Part shown: positions 9,909 through 17,876 of the stretch, in pieces
How positions within the stretch are numbered: the first letter of the stretch is position 1
Layout of the letters: every line of letters starts with the position of its first letter
DNA from: Nitrospirota bacterium
GTDB taxonomy: Bacteria; Nitrospirota; UBA9217
Length of the DNA: 40,000 bases
Direction: 5' to 3'
Assembly (NCBI GenBank): GCA_963845065.1
Contig: CAWJQQ010000001.1
Span: 811,540-851,539, forward strand
Program-made: the position numbers and the translations under genes
Notes under the pieces: model-generated
The model's database searches: none
Told to the model about the DNA's origin: nothing
The model's input: only the letters and a program-made list of their open reading frames with translations

Positions 9909-10928
9909 TCATTTTGACGTCTTTTTACTCCGCATAAAATTGCTAGGCCGCAGCGAGGCAATCAATTTATCGGTTGCCTTGAACCTTCCAGATCGTAACT
10001 TGGGAGCGACAATAGACTCTAAGGTTTCTAGCTTCACCGAAGGATCTGCCCGCGTGTACATTTCAGTTGTTTGCAGGTTCGAGTGCCCGAGCCAGAGAGA
10101 GACTTTTCGTATATCGTTTGTGGCCTGCAGAACCGTTAACGCGCAGGTATGACGCAGCACGTGCGGCGAAACTTGCTTCGTTGATAGAGAAGGGCAGCAC
10201 CTTGCCCCGGTGTGAGTATGCTTACGCAGAATGTATTCGAAGCCGGAGCGGGTCATGGGTTGGCTACGAGCGTTGAGAAACAGTTCCGGCACCAAGGCCA
10301 TACCCCTGACTGCCAGCCATGCTCTTAGCGTCGATGTCGTATCCTTCCACAAAGGGAGGCATCGCTCTTTTCGGCCCTTGCCGTGAACCATAATGCTGGC
10401 GTGCGGTTGAAGTGTCAGGTCGTCAATTCGCAGCCCGATCAACTCGGAGACGCGCAAGCCTCCGGCGAAGCAGAGGTGAATCATGGCGCGATCTCTGATA
10501 CCATCTCGCTTAGTTGGTTCAGGCGCGTTTAGGATGGCCTGCATCTCTTCAGCCGTGAAGTGCTTGACAAGGCGTGTATCTGCTTTCTTTGATGGAATCG
10601 CCAAAATACGCCGGATCTGTTCTAAGGCCGTCGGCACACGATATTCCATAAAATGCATAAACGACTTAATGGCGGCCAGTCGAATGTTTCTGGAGCTCGG
10701 CCCATTCCCACGATTTTCTTCCAGATGGTTCAGAAAACTCACAATTAGTGGCGCGTCGAGTTGTTCCAAACACAATTCCGACGGAGAGATCTTGAGGCAG
10801 TTACTTGCGTATTCAAAGAGCATTTTGAAAGCATATGCATAGGACTCACAAGTGTTGTCACTAGCGCGGCGTTCGATTGGCAGTCGTTGCTGCAGAAAAG
10901 CCGTGATATGTGATGAGATCGGAGTCAT
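9909..10928 (-). CDS. Tyrosine recombinase, third gene of the RIT trio
   Basis: Start chosen at MTPISSHITAFLQQ, where ATGA overlaps the upstream stop. Motifs LRVSELIGLRIDDL, HVLRHTCA, LGHSNLQTTEMYTRA (R..HxxR..Y). Confidence 0.9.
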   Translation of the reverse strand: MTPISSHITAFLQQRLPIERRASDNTCESYAYAFKMLFEYASNCLKISPSELCLEQLDAPLIVSFLNHLEENRGNGPSSRNIRLAAIKSFMHFMEYRVPTALEQIRRILAIPSKKADTRLVKHFTAEEMQAILNAPEPTKRDGIRDRAMIHLCFAGGLRVSELIGLRIDDLTLQPHASIMVHGKGRKERCLPLWKDTTSTLRAWLAVRGMALVPELFLNARSQPMTRSGFEYILRKHTHTGARCCPSLSTKQVSPHVLRHTCALTVLQATNDIRKVSLWLGHSNLQTTEMYTRADPSVKLETLESIVAPKLRSGRFKATDKLIASLRPSNFMRSKKTSK

Positions 10929-11833
10929 AGCCGCCCTCCTGAGGTGAAAGTTTCGCAACGTTCTATGATGCTCCTCATCAGATCCGGCGTCGCTTCCAAA
11001 TACCAGTAGGTATGGGAAACATTGCTGTGACCGAGATAGGTTGACAGCGCCAACATATGTTTTGTGATACGCTCGCGGCCATCCGGGCAAGTTTCCAGGG
11101 CTCTTACAGCGAAGGTGTGGCGTAATGAGTGAGGTGTGGGTCGATGTAGCCTCGGTCCTCGCCGCAGCCCGATCTTGTCGACCGCAGTCTGGAATGCGGT
11201 TTCAACATCACGAAGAAGCAGTGGCTTTCTGCGCAACGAAACGAATACGTGATCATCGAAGGGGGCGTAGGGGCGGCGGTGTTTGAGATAACGTTCGAGT
11301 CCAGCCTGCGTGGTTTCGTGCAGGGGCACGAGGCGACTTTTGTGAAATTTGGAACACTGGATCACCAAACCATCTGGGGTGATGTCCTCAAAGCGCAGCC
11401 GGAGTGCTTCGGACACACGCAGTCCCGTGCATGCCAGCAAAGCGAATAGCGTGCTGTAGGTATGTTGACGCAAACAACAGGAACCGGACTGAGATGCCGC
11501 TTGCACGAGACGGTTGATGTTGTCCTGAGAAAAAATGTAAGGGGTGGGCCGCGACTGTCTCTCGCTACCAAAGACAGCCGGCGGCAGCTCATGGGATTGA
11601 TCCTCGGCACGGACATGCCGAGCGAATCGAATTACATGACCGAGCCGAGCAGCGCGCTGGTGGACCGATCTCGCCAATCCGGCCCACTCTATTGCGATTT
11701 CAGAGCAGACGTGCCGCTTGCCTTTTGCATTTGAGAAGGTGGCAAAACTTCGTAAAAAAGTGCTTTGGGGTTTAAACTCGAACCCGCAAGCACGACGCAC
11801 AGCCAGATATGACTCCACAGCTTGAGCTAACAT
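10925..11833 (-). CDS. Tyrosine recombinase, second gene of the RIT trio
   Basis: Start chosen at MLAQAVESYLAVRR, overlapping the upstream stop. Motifs LRVSEALRLRFEDI, HSLRHTFA, LGHSNVSHTYWYLE. The longer ORF-track N-terminus lies inside the upstream gene. Confidence 0.9.
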   Translation of the reverse strand: MLAQAVESYLAVRRACGFEFKPQSTFLRSFATFSNAKGKRHVCSEIAIEWAGLARSVHQRAARLGHVIRFARHVRAEDQSHELPPAVFGSERQSRPTPYIFSQDNINRLVQAASQSGSCCLRQHTYSTLFALLACTGLRVSEALRLRFEDITPDGLVIQCSKFHKSRLVPLHETTQAGLERYLKHRRPYAPFDDHVFVSLRRKPLLLRDVETAFQTAVDKIGLRRGPRLHRPTPHSLRHTFAVRALETCPDGRERITKHMLALSTYLGHSNVSHTYWYLEATPDLMRSIIERCETFTSGGRL

Positions 11834-13092
11834 GGCTGCACCTCCGGCCAGGGTTGAGAAATCTGTCGTAGAGCGGTCACGTCTACTTTTGCGTAGATTT
11901 GCGTAGTCTCGATTGAGCGGTGCCGAAGGACGGCCGCAATGTCCTGCAGCGATGCTCCTTGCCGCAACATGAAGGTTGCCACGGAATGCCGAAGAAGGTG
12001 GGCCGCACCCCTGCTTTGGCAAGAGACGCCCGCTCGGCGCATCGCCTGAGTAACGATGGACGATATGGCGGAACTGCGTGAGAAGGCGCGAAAAGGCGCG
12101 AGAGAGCGGACAAACAGTACATCTGTGTAAGTTTGAGGACGGCCGCCTTGCAGGTAGCCCACTACCGCATGGCCAACCTCCTGGGTCAGAGGCAGCCGAG
12201 TCTGACGACGTCCTTTTCCAGACACCTGAATACTGGCTTCTTCCCAATTTATATCGCCCAAGCGAAGCCGGACGATATCTCCCGCCCGAAGTCCCAGGCG
12301 GGCGAGGAGAAGTAGAATCGCACGATCCCGCCTGCCGACTGGTGAGCTCGAATCACAGGAACTAATGATACGCTCCACCTCTTCAGGCTGCAGGTACCGC
12401 GGTAGAGAGGAAAGACGCCAATGCGCCAGGACCGGAATGGCTGTATCAAGATCATCAGCACACTTGCCTTCAGCGATTAAAAAGCGAAGAAACATGCGAA
12501 GTGCTGTCGTACACATTTTTGCTGATGCCCATCCCGAACGTCGGCCTTTCTCCAGGACGAACTGTCGCAAGCTCTGTGCATCAAATTTGGATGGATCCTC
12601 TCCAAGGTGTATTAGTAACTCTCGAATAGGAAGGCTGTATCTGTTGAGGGTAGGATCACAGGTTCCGCGCTGCTGGCGCATCCACTGACGGAATGCAGCG
12701 AGCAGAATCGGATCCTGATCTGTTGTTTTAGCAACTGAAGCGGTAATTACGCCCGTGCTTCGCAGATGTCTCAAAAAAAAGCGAGCACTTTTAAGCACGC
12801 TCAATCGGTCGGCGTGTGCATAGCCCGGGCATCGGCATCGAGCCAAGTGGCGGTCGAAACGCTCAAGATTGTTTTCGAACGAACCTGAGATCTGTATGCC
12901 TTTTCGATCCGTCCAATAAACAACATGCTCCGCCGCACTGATGTACTTGCGGGCGGTTACCTCTGCATATCCCTCCTGGTAAAGCTCTTCAGTGAACCTT
13001 TCAAGTAACGGGCCACCCGAACCTTCGCGAAGCGCTTGAACTCGCGAATGGCGCTTGAAATACTGTTGAAACATGATGTCCTCCTTTAACAT
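11827..13092 (-). CDS. Tyrosine recombinase, first and largest gene of the RIT trio
   Basis: 421 aa; N-terminal SAM-like core-binding region; LRAGDIVRLRLGDI, HLLRHSVATFML, LRHRSIETTQIYAKV. Confidence 0.9.
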   Translation of the reverse strand: MLKEDIMFQQYFKRHSRVQALREGSGGPLLERFTEELYQEGYAEVTARKYISAAEHVVYWTDRKGIQISGSFENNLERFDRHLARCRCPGYAHADRLSVLKSARFFLRHLRSTGVITASVAKTTDQDPILLAAFRQWMRQQRGTCDPTLNRYSLPIRELLIHLGEDPSKFDAQSLRQFVLEKGRRSGWASAKMCTTALRMFLRFLIAEGKCADDLDTAIPVLAHWRLSSLPRYLQPEEVERIISSCDSSSPVGRRDRAILLLLARLGLRAGDIVRLRLGDINWEEASIQVSGKGRRQTRLPLTQEVGHAVVGYLQGGRPQTYTDVLFVRSLAPFRAFSRSSAISSIVTQAMRRAGVSCQSRGAAHLLRHSVATFMLRQGASLQDIAAVLRHRSIETTQIYAKVDVTALRQISQPWPEVQPC

Positions 13093-13199
13093 GAATTTAG
13101 GGTCAGGAAGACATCACTATTATGCGGTGTAACTAAATTTGCAAGACGATTCTACTCCGTTGAAATAATTGCATTGTCGTCGGTCTCCAAGGTTCACCT

Positions 13200-13227
13200 C
13201 TCCGCATAACAATATACTCTGCATTAT
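13200..13227. repeat. RIT right terminal inverted repeat
   Basis: CTCCGCATAACAATATACTCTGCATTAT is the exact reverse complement of 9853-9880. Confidence 0.95.
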
Positions 13228-13233
13228 ACTTAG

Positions 13234-13267
13234 GCTTCTTTCTGAAATGCCTTATTCAGAAAGAAGC
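13234..13267. repeat. Perfect 13-bp-stem hairpin GCTTCTTTCTGAA-atgcctta-TTCAGAAAGAAGC at the left end of the IS91-like unit
   Basis: Read directly. Confidence 0.85.
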
Positions 13268-13527
13268 TGGTTGAACTATGCCGTACGCGCCACGACGCTA
13301 TGGGATTTCAAATGATTTTTCTCTTTAAAGCGAGGGTATTGAGTACTGCATCGGCTGGGGCATAAGGCCTGTGACGGGTGATTTTCGAGTGAGAAGAAGC
13401 GATTCAAGGCAATTTCGCAATCCCAACTCGCAGGAAAAATGTCCTTTGGACAATAGAATATTGTTGCGAAGAACATGACCGTTTTCGGATTGGGATAGGG
13501 AGGCTGTTTTTTCGGTTTGAGTGATGT

Positions 13528-14721
13528 TCATATGCGTGGCGGTCCTTTGCAACGAGCAGGCTGTATAATCTCCATGGTATGCATTTTTCGTTCACCGCAG
13601 GCAGGACATAATGCGATGTCGATGCCGGTAAATCGGAGTAAAGCTTCTTGCCACGTTTCTGTCTTCTGTTCCGATTCGTTCTGATTGGCGCAGGCCAGAA
13701 GCTCTCTGCACCGGTCGAGTTTCTTCCTGCGGCATCTGTTCCCCAATAAGCTGTAATGTCTGATTTTCACAAACTTGTCAGGCAACACATGAAGCAGGAA
13801 CCGCCGGATGAACTCATCGGCTTTAAGGGGCATGATCTTGATTTTGTTGTTATCGGAGTAATCGCGCCACCAGAAAGAGACTTCGTCGTTTTCGAGCTTC
13901 ACGAGCCGGTGATTGCTGATCGCGATCCGGTGAGTGTATCTGCCGAGATACTCAAGAACATCCTTGGTCCCATTAAAGGGTGGCTTGCAGTAAACGATCC
14001 ACTTCTTTTTATACAGGTCGGTGATTAAGGCATTGAAAGCCCCCGGCGACGCAAAATGACTTATGTCGCCGGGGTAAACGAGTTTGTTTTCGACGCGAAG
14101 CTTTTTCAGATAAGCGAGGAACTTTCCCCGAAAAAGATTCGACATCACCTTGACGTGGACAAAGAAGTCATTCTTGCATGACTTCCATTTCCGCCCATCA
14201 CTGGACAATCCTCCGCCAGTGACGATGTTGTGAATGTGGGGATGGTTCAAGACGTTCTGACCCCAGGTGTGCAAGATGCTGGTGAACCCGATCTCCGCCC
14301 CCAGGTGTTTCGGGTTTTTCGAGAGTTCCGTCAGAGTCTCCGAAACGGCTTTGAACAGGATCCCATAGAGGACTTCCTGATTCCGGAGGACAAGAGGATT
14401 CAGTTTGTCAGGAATGGTGAAAACAACGTGAAAGTACGGTATGGGAAGTAGGTCTTTTCCCCGGTCCTCAATCCACTTCTCCTTTTTCAGAAACTGGCAT
14501 TTGGGACAGTGCCGGTTTCTGCAGGAGTTGTACGAGACCATCTTTGTCCCACAGTGCTCACACTCATCCACGTGGCCACCCAAATCAGCTGTGCGGCAAG
14601 TTTCTATTGCGCGCATAGCGCGAAGACGATTCACGGGCATGGGATGGGCGCTGCGGTAATCAGGGCCGTACCGGCGGAAGATATCCGCAACCTCAAGCTG
14701 TCTGACTTCTCGTGCACACAT
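13528..14721 (-). CDS. IS91-family rolling-circle (Y2/HUH) transposase with N-terminal zinc-binding domain
   Basis: CxxC..CxxC cluster (CEHCG..CRNRHCPKC), HUH-like HPHIHNIV, YLGRYTHRIAISNHRL tyrosine motif. Confidence 0.9.
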   Translation of the reverse strand: MCAREVRQLEVADIFRRYGPDYRSAHPMPVNRLRAMRAIETCRTADLGGHVDECEHCGTKMVSYNSCRNRHCPKCQFLKKEKWIEDRGKDLLPIPYFHVVFTIPDKLNPLVLRNQEVLYGILFKAVSETLTELSKNPKHLGAEIGFTSILHTWGQNVLNHPHIHNIVTGGGLSSDGRKWKSCKNDFFVHVKVMSNLFRGKFLAYLKKLRVENKLVYPGDISHFASPGAFNALITDLYKKKWIVYCKPPFNGTKDVLEYLGRYTHRIAISNHRLVKLENDEVSFWWRDYSDNNKIKIMPLKADEFIRRFLLHVLPDKFVKIRHYSLLGNRCRRKKLDRCRELLACANQNESEQKTETWQEALLRFTGIDIALCPACGERKMHTMEIIQPARCKGPPRI

Positions 14722-14743
14722 GGCGAAGCGACAAGCGGTCCGG

Positions 14744-15601
14744 CTACGAAGTCTTCTTGGAGTTAGAGGAATTGTCGATATCGAGAGGACTCACGATCTT
14801 TGATAGGTTTTTCTTGCTCACGTGGAGGTAGATCGTGGTCGTCCTGATCGATGCGTGGCCCAACAGCAGTTGAATGTTATAAAGGTCCACCCCGGCCTCG
14901 AGCAAATGTGTTGCAAAGCTGTGTCTCAGGCTATGGCAGCTTGCGGACTTGATGATGCCGGACTTGCGTTTCGCGCGTTTGAACGCTTGCTGGATGGTGG
15001 TAATGCTTATGGGCTGTCCAGGAATTCCTCCTGGGAAGAGCCAGTGTTTAGGGAGATACTTCTTAAAGTACTCTCGGAGTGTCTCTAGGGTGCGCTTCGA
15101 CAACAAGGTATACCGATCCTTTTTCCCTTTGCCTTGTTCTACACGGAGAAGCATACGCTTACTGTCGATGTCGGATATTTTGAGATGGGCGGTCTCGCTT
15201 ACCCGGAGGCCTGCGGAGTAGGTTACCATCAGCATCGCGCGCTGCTTCAGGCCGCCAGCGGACATCAGTATGGTTTCGACTTCGTTCCGTTCGAGAACGG
15301 TGGGAAGCTTTTTGGCCGACTTTGGATAGGGTATCTTGTCCATCACCCATCTTTTTTTGAGCGTGGTTTCATAAAGAAACCGCAGCGCGGCGTAGGTGAT
15401 TTTCAAAGAGGATGGGGATAGTTTCCTGTTCTGGACGACGGACAGCAGGAACGACTTGATGTCGTTCTGCCCAAGACGGTCGGGCGGCTTGTTGAAATGC
15501 AGCTCTAAATAGCGAGCTGCCCGGTGATACGCCTCTTGCGTATGCGGACTAAAGTTACGAAGCACCATATCGCCTTGCATCTGTTCTTTGAACGTTTCCA
15601 T
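14744..15601 (-). CDS. Tyrosine recombinase/integrase (XerD-like) paired with the IS91-type transposase
   Basis: LRVSETAHLKISDID, HSLRHSFATHLLEAG, LGHASIRTTTIYLHV. Confidence 0.9.
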   Translation of the reverse strand: METFKEQMQGDMVLRNFSPHTQEAYHRAARYLELHFNKPPDRLGQNDIKSFLLSVVQNRKLSPSSLKITYAALRFLYETTLKKRWVMDKIPYPKSAKKLPTVLERNEVETILMSAGGLKQRAMLMVTYSAGLRVSETAHLKISDIDSKRMLLRVEQGKGKKDRYTLLSKRTLETLREYFKKYLPKHWLFPGGIPGQPISITTIQQAFKRAKRKSGIIKSASCHSLRHSFATHLLEAGVDLYNIQLLLGHASIRTTTIYLHVSKKNLSKIVSPLDIDNSSNSKKTS

Positions 15602-15793
15602 TGCACAATCTCCTTCCGCTGACTTGAAATTCCAACGGCGTGACGCCGGTGGTGATGCGAGGGAAAATTGTAAATCAGTAGGGATTGTGAAGCAATATGT
15701 GAGAGCGTGATATTATTTGGAGATAATTGCGAAGGGATTGCAGATAAAATCAGTGGTGAGTGAAGAGTACCGCCGCGTAGCGGCTTAGTTCAA

Positions 15794-15825
15794 TGCCTGT
15801 AATGCGGTGCACCGCATTACAGGCA
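15794..15825. repeat. 32-bp perfect palindrome TGCCTGTAATGCGGTG|CACCGCATTACAGGCA at the right end of the insertion
   Basis: Read directly. It contains two inverted copies of the TAATGCGGTG motif related to the RIT IR subrepeats. The outer 7 bp overlap the IS110 target duplication. Confidence 0.9.
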
Positions 15826-16032
15826 CTTCCCCTGGGTGATGAGATCAGCGACATTTGCAGCATCCTTGACATCATGATTGTCCCAGCGGCCGTCCAGAAG
15901 CTGCCGGTTGTTCCTGACCGCGACGACTCCTACAAGAACAACCATGTGCCCGCATTTGATCAGATGCTCCGCCAGGGGCTTGTGGTAGTTCGCTGTTGGT
16001 TCGATGCCAAAGACGATTTTCGTCAGACTCAC
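15819..16032 (-). pseudogene. IS110-family transposase, N-terminal part (continues at 9852 once the 5.97-kb insertion is removed)
   Basis: (GTG)MSLTKIVFGIEPTANYHKPLAEHLIKCGHMVVLV..DVKDAANVADLITQGKCL. Joining to 9846 restores ..GKCLFYEYPLMTLRNV.. in frame. Confidence 0.85.
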
Positions 16033-16034
16033 AT

Positions 16035-16319
16035 TTGCTTAGTAACATTCACTTGCACTACGTCCTTAACACATGGGTACAAAATTAGCGAAAGAACAAA
16101 GCACGCGGTGAAGTGATTATCGTTCGGTACGCCGACGACTTTGTGATGGGGTTTCAACACCGGCACGAAGCGGAGCTATTTCTGGAAACGATGAGGAAGC
16201 GCTTCTCCGAGCACGGTCTGGAAATCAACAGCGAAAAGACCCGGCTCATCGAATTCGAGCGGTATGCAGAAGTAAATCGCGCCGAGCGAAGAGAAGGGAA
16301 GCCGGAAATTGCAGTTTAA
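16035..16319 (+). pseudogene. Remnant of a third group II intron RT (RT5-RT7 region only), with TGG>TAG in frame
   Basis: LLSNIHLHYVLNTWVQN*RKNKARGEVIIVRYADDFVMGFQ..LEINSEKTRLIEFERYAEVNRAERREGKPE is collinear with 4141-4420 of intron 1 but clearly diverged. It is truncated at both sides. Confidence 0.85.
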
Positions 16320-16423
16320 ACTTGTGGCGTTGATTTGCTCCAGAATTCTGCGATAGTATTATCTTTTGGAAATTGAAGACTTAACATTAGAAATTTGCAG
16401 CGCAAACCTCGACAATAATCAAG

Positions 16424-16473
16424 TTATTTTCTTTACAAAAAGGTTATCTCATACTAAAATCATGCCACTTATT
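16424..16473 (+). promoter_or_regulatory. Sigma-70-type promoter cassette, copy 1 (TTTACA-17-TAAAAT) upstream of the 16538 ORF
   Basis: TTATTTTCTTTACAA..CATACTAAAATCATGCCACTTATT is near-identical to 17774-17824. -35 at 16432-16437, -10 at 16455-16460. Confidence 0.6.
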
Positions 16474-16537
16474 GTTAAGCAGTTTCCAAAATGTTAATTT
16501 TTGACTTAAAGTTCCTTAAAAGGTGGAAGGCTAAAAA

Positions 16538-16798
16538 ATGGCTAATGACACTGTATCGTGGGATGATCCTATTTTAAAAGAGGCAATTAAAATAATTGCA
16601 GATGTCTCTGGTGTTAAGGAAGATAGGCTCTTACAAGACTATGTGATTGAGGCAATGTTTACTGACCCTATCGTCAAGGCACTCAAGGCTGCATTTGAGG
16701 GAAAGTGTACTGTCAACGTTGGGGATACGCAATCGCGGCATTGCCTAACGATAAATGAATTCCTTTCCGGAATCAAAAAAAATAAGAGCAATGATTAA
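16538..16798 (+). CDS. Hypothetical small protein (86 aa)
   Basis: ORF with RBS AAGGTGGAAGG ~10 nt upstream, downstream of promoter copy 1. No motif recognised. Confidence 0.5.
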   Translation: MANDTVSWDDPILKEAIKIIADVSGVKEDRLLQDYVIEAMFTDPIVKALKAAFEGKCTVNVGDTQSRHCLTINEFLSGIKKNKSND

Positions 16799-17211
16799 AT
16801 GATTTTTGATACGTTAGAGTTGCTCGATGATGTGGCTTACGCCAAGGCTATACTCGCTAAAAAGTCGTTAAGCAATGCAGACCTCGTCTTCTCACTCCGG
16901 AACCTCCTCCGTATGAAGTACTATCCTTTGCGGTGAAGTTCTTCTTCTCTCAGAATAAACTCGATGCCTTCAAGAAGAACACTGGCGATTTTGAGGCCAT
17001 TGATAAACGGATTGCGAGTAATACTCCACCTGATATGTGCCAGACATATAAACGTTTACTGCATTGAGGAATACCAGAGCATGAAATGAAAATGCTCATT
17101 GCGAGTATAGTAGCTGCAGAAATATTCGAGGTCGTATACAGCAGAGAACCGTACAACAATGAACGTTTCGTCCAGGCGCTCAACAGATTGCCAGAACTGC
17201 CTGTAGTGTAA
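16799..17211 (+). pseudogene. Degraded ORF (about 137 codons) with one frameshift and one in-frame TGA, abutting the stop of the 86-aa gene (TAAATG)
   Basis: MIFDTLELLDDVAYAKAILAKK..LRMKYYPLR*, then in the +1 frame ..FFFSQNKLDAFKKNTGDFEAIDKRIASNTPPDMCQTYKRLLH*GIPEHEMKMLIASIVAAEIFEVVYSREPYNNERFVQALNRLPELPVV*. Confidence 0.35.
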
Positions 17212-17403
17212 TTCTGGAAACAAAAATATTAAAAGTGCAAAATGCGATATGAATTATGCATTTTTGTACTCGATTAACTTGATGGGCAGTTCATCCTGAT
17301 ATACAATGTAGTTTACGTTCTTTGCATCACATAATGTTTGAACCTTTTTTTGGTATTCACGTATCAGGCATATTTATTTGCTAATGTGGGAAGCAATCTC
17401 TAT

Positions 17404-17691
17404 ATGAGGATCGTTATTTCAGGTACTCACTTTTCAGGCAAGTCGACGCTTGTCGAAGCGTTGCCCGACGCGCTCCCCCAGTATACGACGATCGAAGAGC
17501 CCTATCACCTCTTGCAGGAGGAAGGATATGAATTCGCGCTGAGTTGCCCTCAATTGAAGATTTTGAACTACAGCTGGAGCGATCCATTTGAAAAGCTCAA
17601 AGAAATTGTCCTTCAGAATTCATTCGACTTTGAGCTGGATGTGCTGGAAGTCACAGGCAGTCCTAAGACGCTCTCAATAACTTCATCCTAA
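17404..17691 (+). pseudogene. P-loop NTPase (small AAA/NadR-like ATPase family), frameshifted
   Basis: MRIVISGTHFSGKSTLVEAL (Walker A)..EEPYHLLQEEGYEFA; the family-typical ..ELPSIEDFELQLERSI then continues in another frame and stops. Confidence 0.6.
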
Positions 17692-17773
17692 AGTTCGCAA
17701 CAATTGTGTATTGTTGAAATTACATAAGTACATCTACGATATTTGCTGCGCATACTTTAATAATACCCAAATA

Positions 17774-17824
17774 TTATTTTCTTTACAACACGGTCAGTCC
17801 CATACTAAAATCATGCCACTTATT
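17774..17824 (+). promoter_or_regulatory. Sigma-70-type promoter cassette, copy 2 (TTTACA-18-TAAAAT) upstream of the FecR-like gene
   Basis: Same 15-bp and 24-bp blocks as 16424-16473. -35 at 17782-17787, -10 at 17806-17811. Confidence 0.6.
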
Positions 17825-17876
17825 TCTGAATCATTTCACAGCTTGAGCATTCTGGGTAAGTAAGGAGGATATTGCC

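Larger units (their letters stand above)
9853..13227 (-). mobile_element. Recombinase-in-trio (RIT) element: three overlapping tyrosine recombinase genes bounded by 28-bp perfect inverted repeats
   Basis: ATAATGCAGAGTATATTGTTATGCGGAG at 9853-9880 is the exact reverse complement of 13200-13227. The three Y-recombinase ORFs are translationally coupled (ATGA and ATGTTAG overlaps). Confidence 0.9.
13228..15818 (-). mobile_element. Integrase plus IS91-family (Y2 HUH) transposase element with hairpin-capped ends
   Basis: Subterminal imperfect IRs: TTGAACTATGCCGTACGCG (13271-) against the reverse complement of CGCGTAGCGGCTTAGTTCAA (-15793). Each is flanked on the outside by a perfect hairpin or palindrome. 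Two co-oriented genes lie inside. Confidence 0.75.

Noticed and set aside
10925-12247. Long N-terminal extensions of the second (440 aa) and third (393 aa, 9909-11090) RIT ORFs
   Set aside because: The extensions lie inside the preceding recombinase gene in another frame. Internal ATGs that overlap the upstream stop (ATGTTAG, ATGA) give normal-length recombinases.
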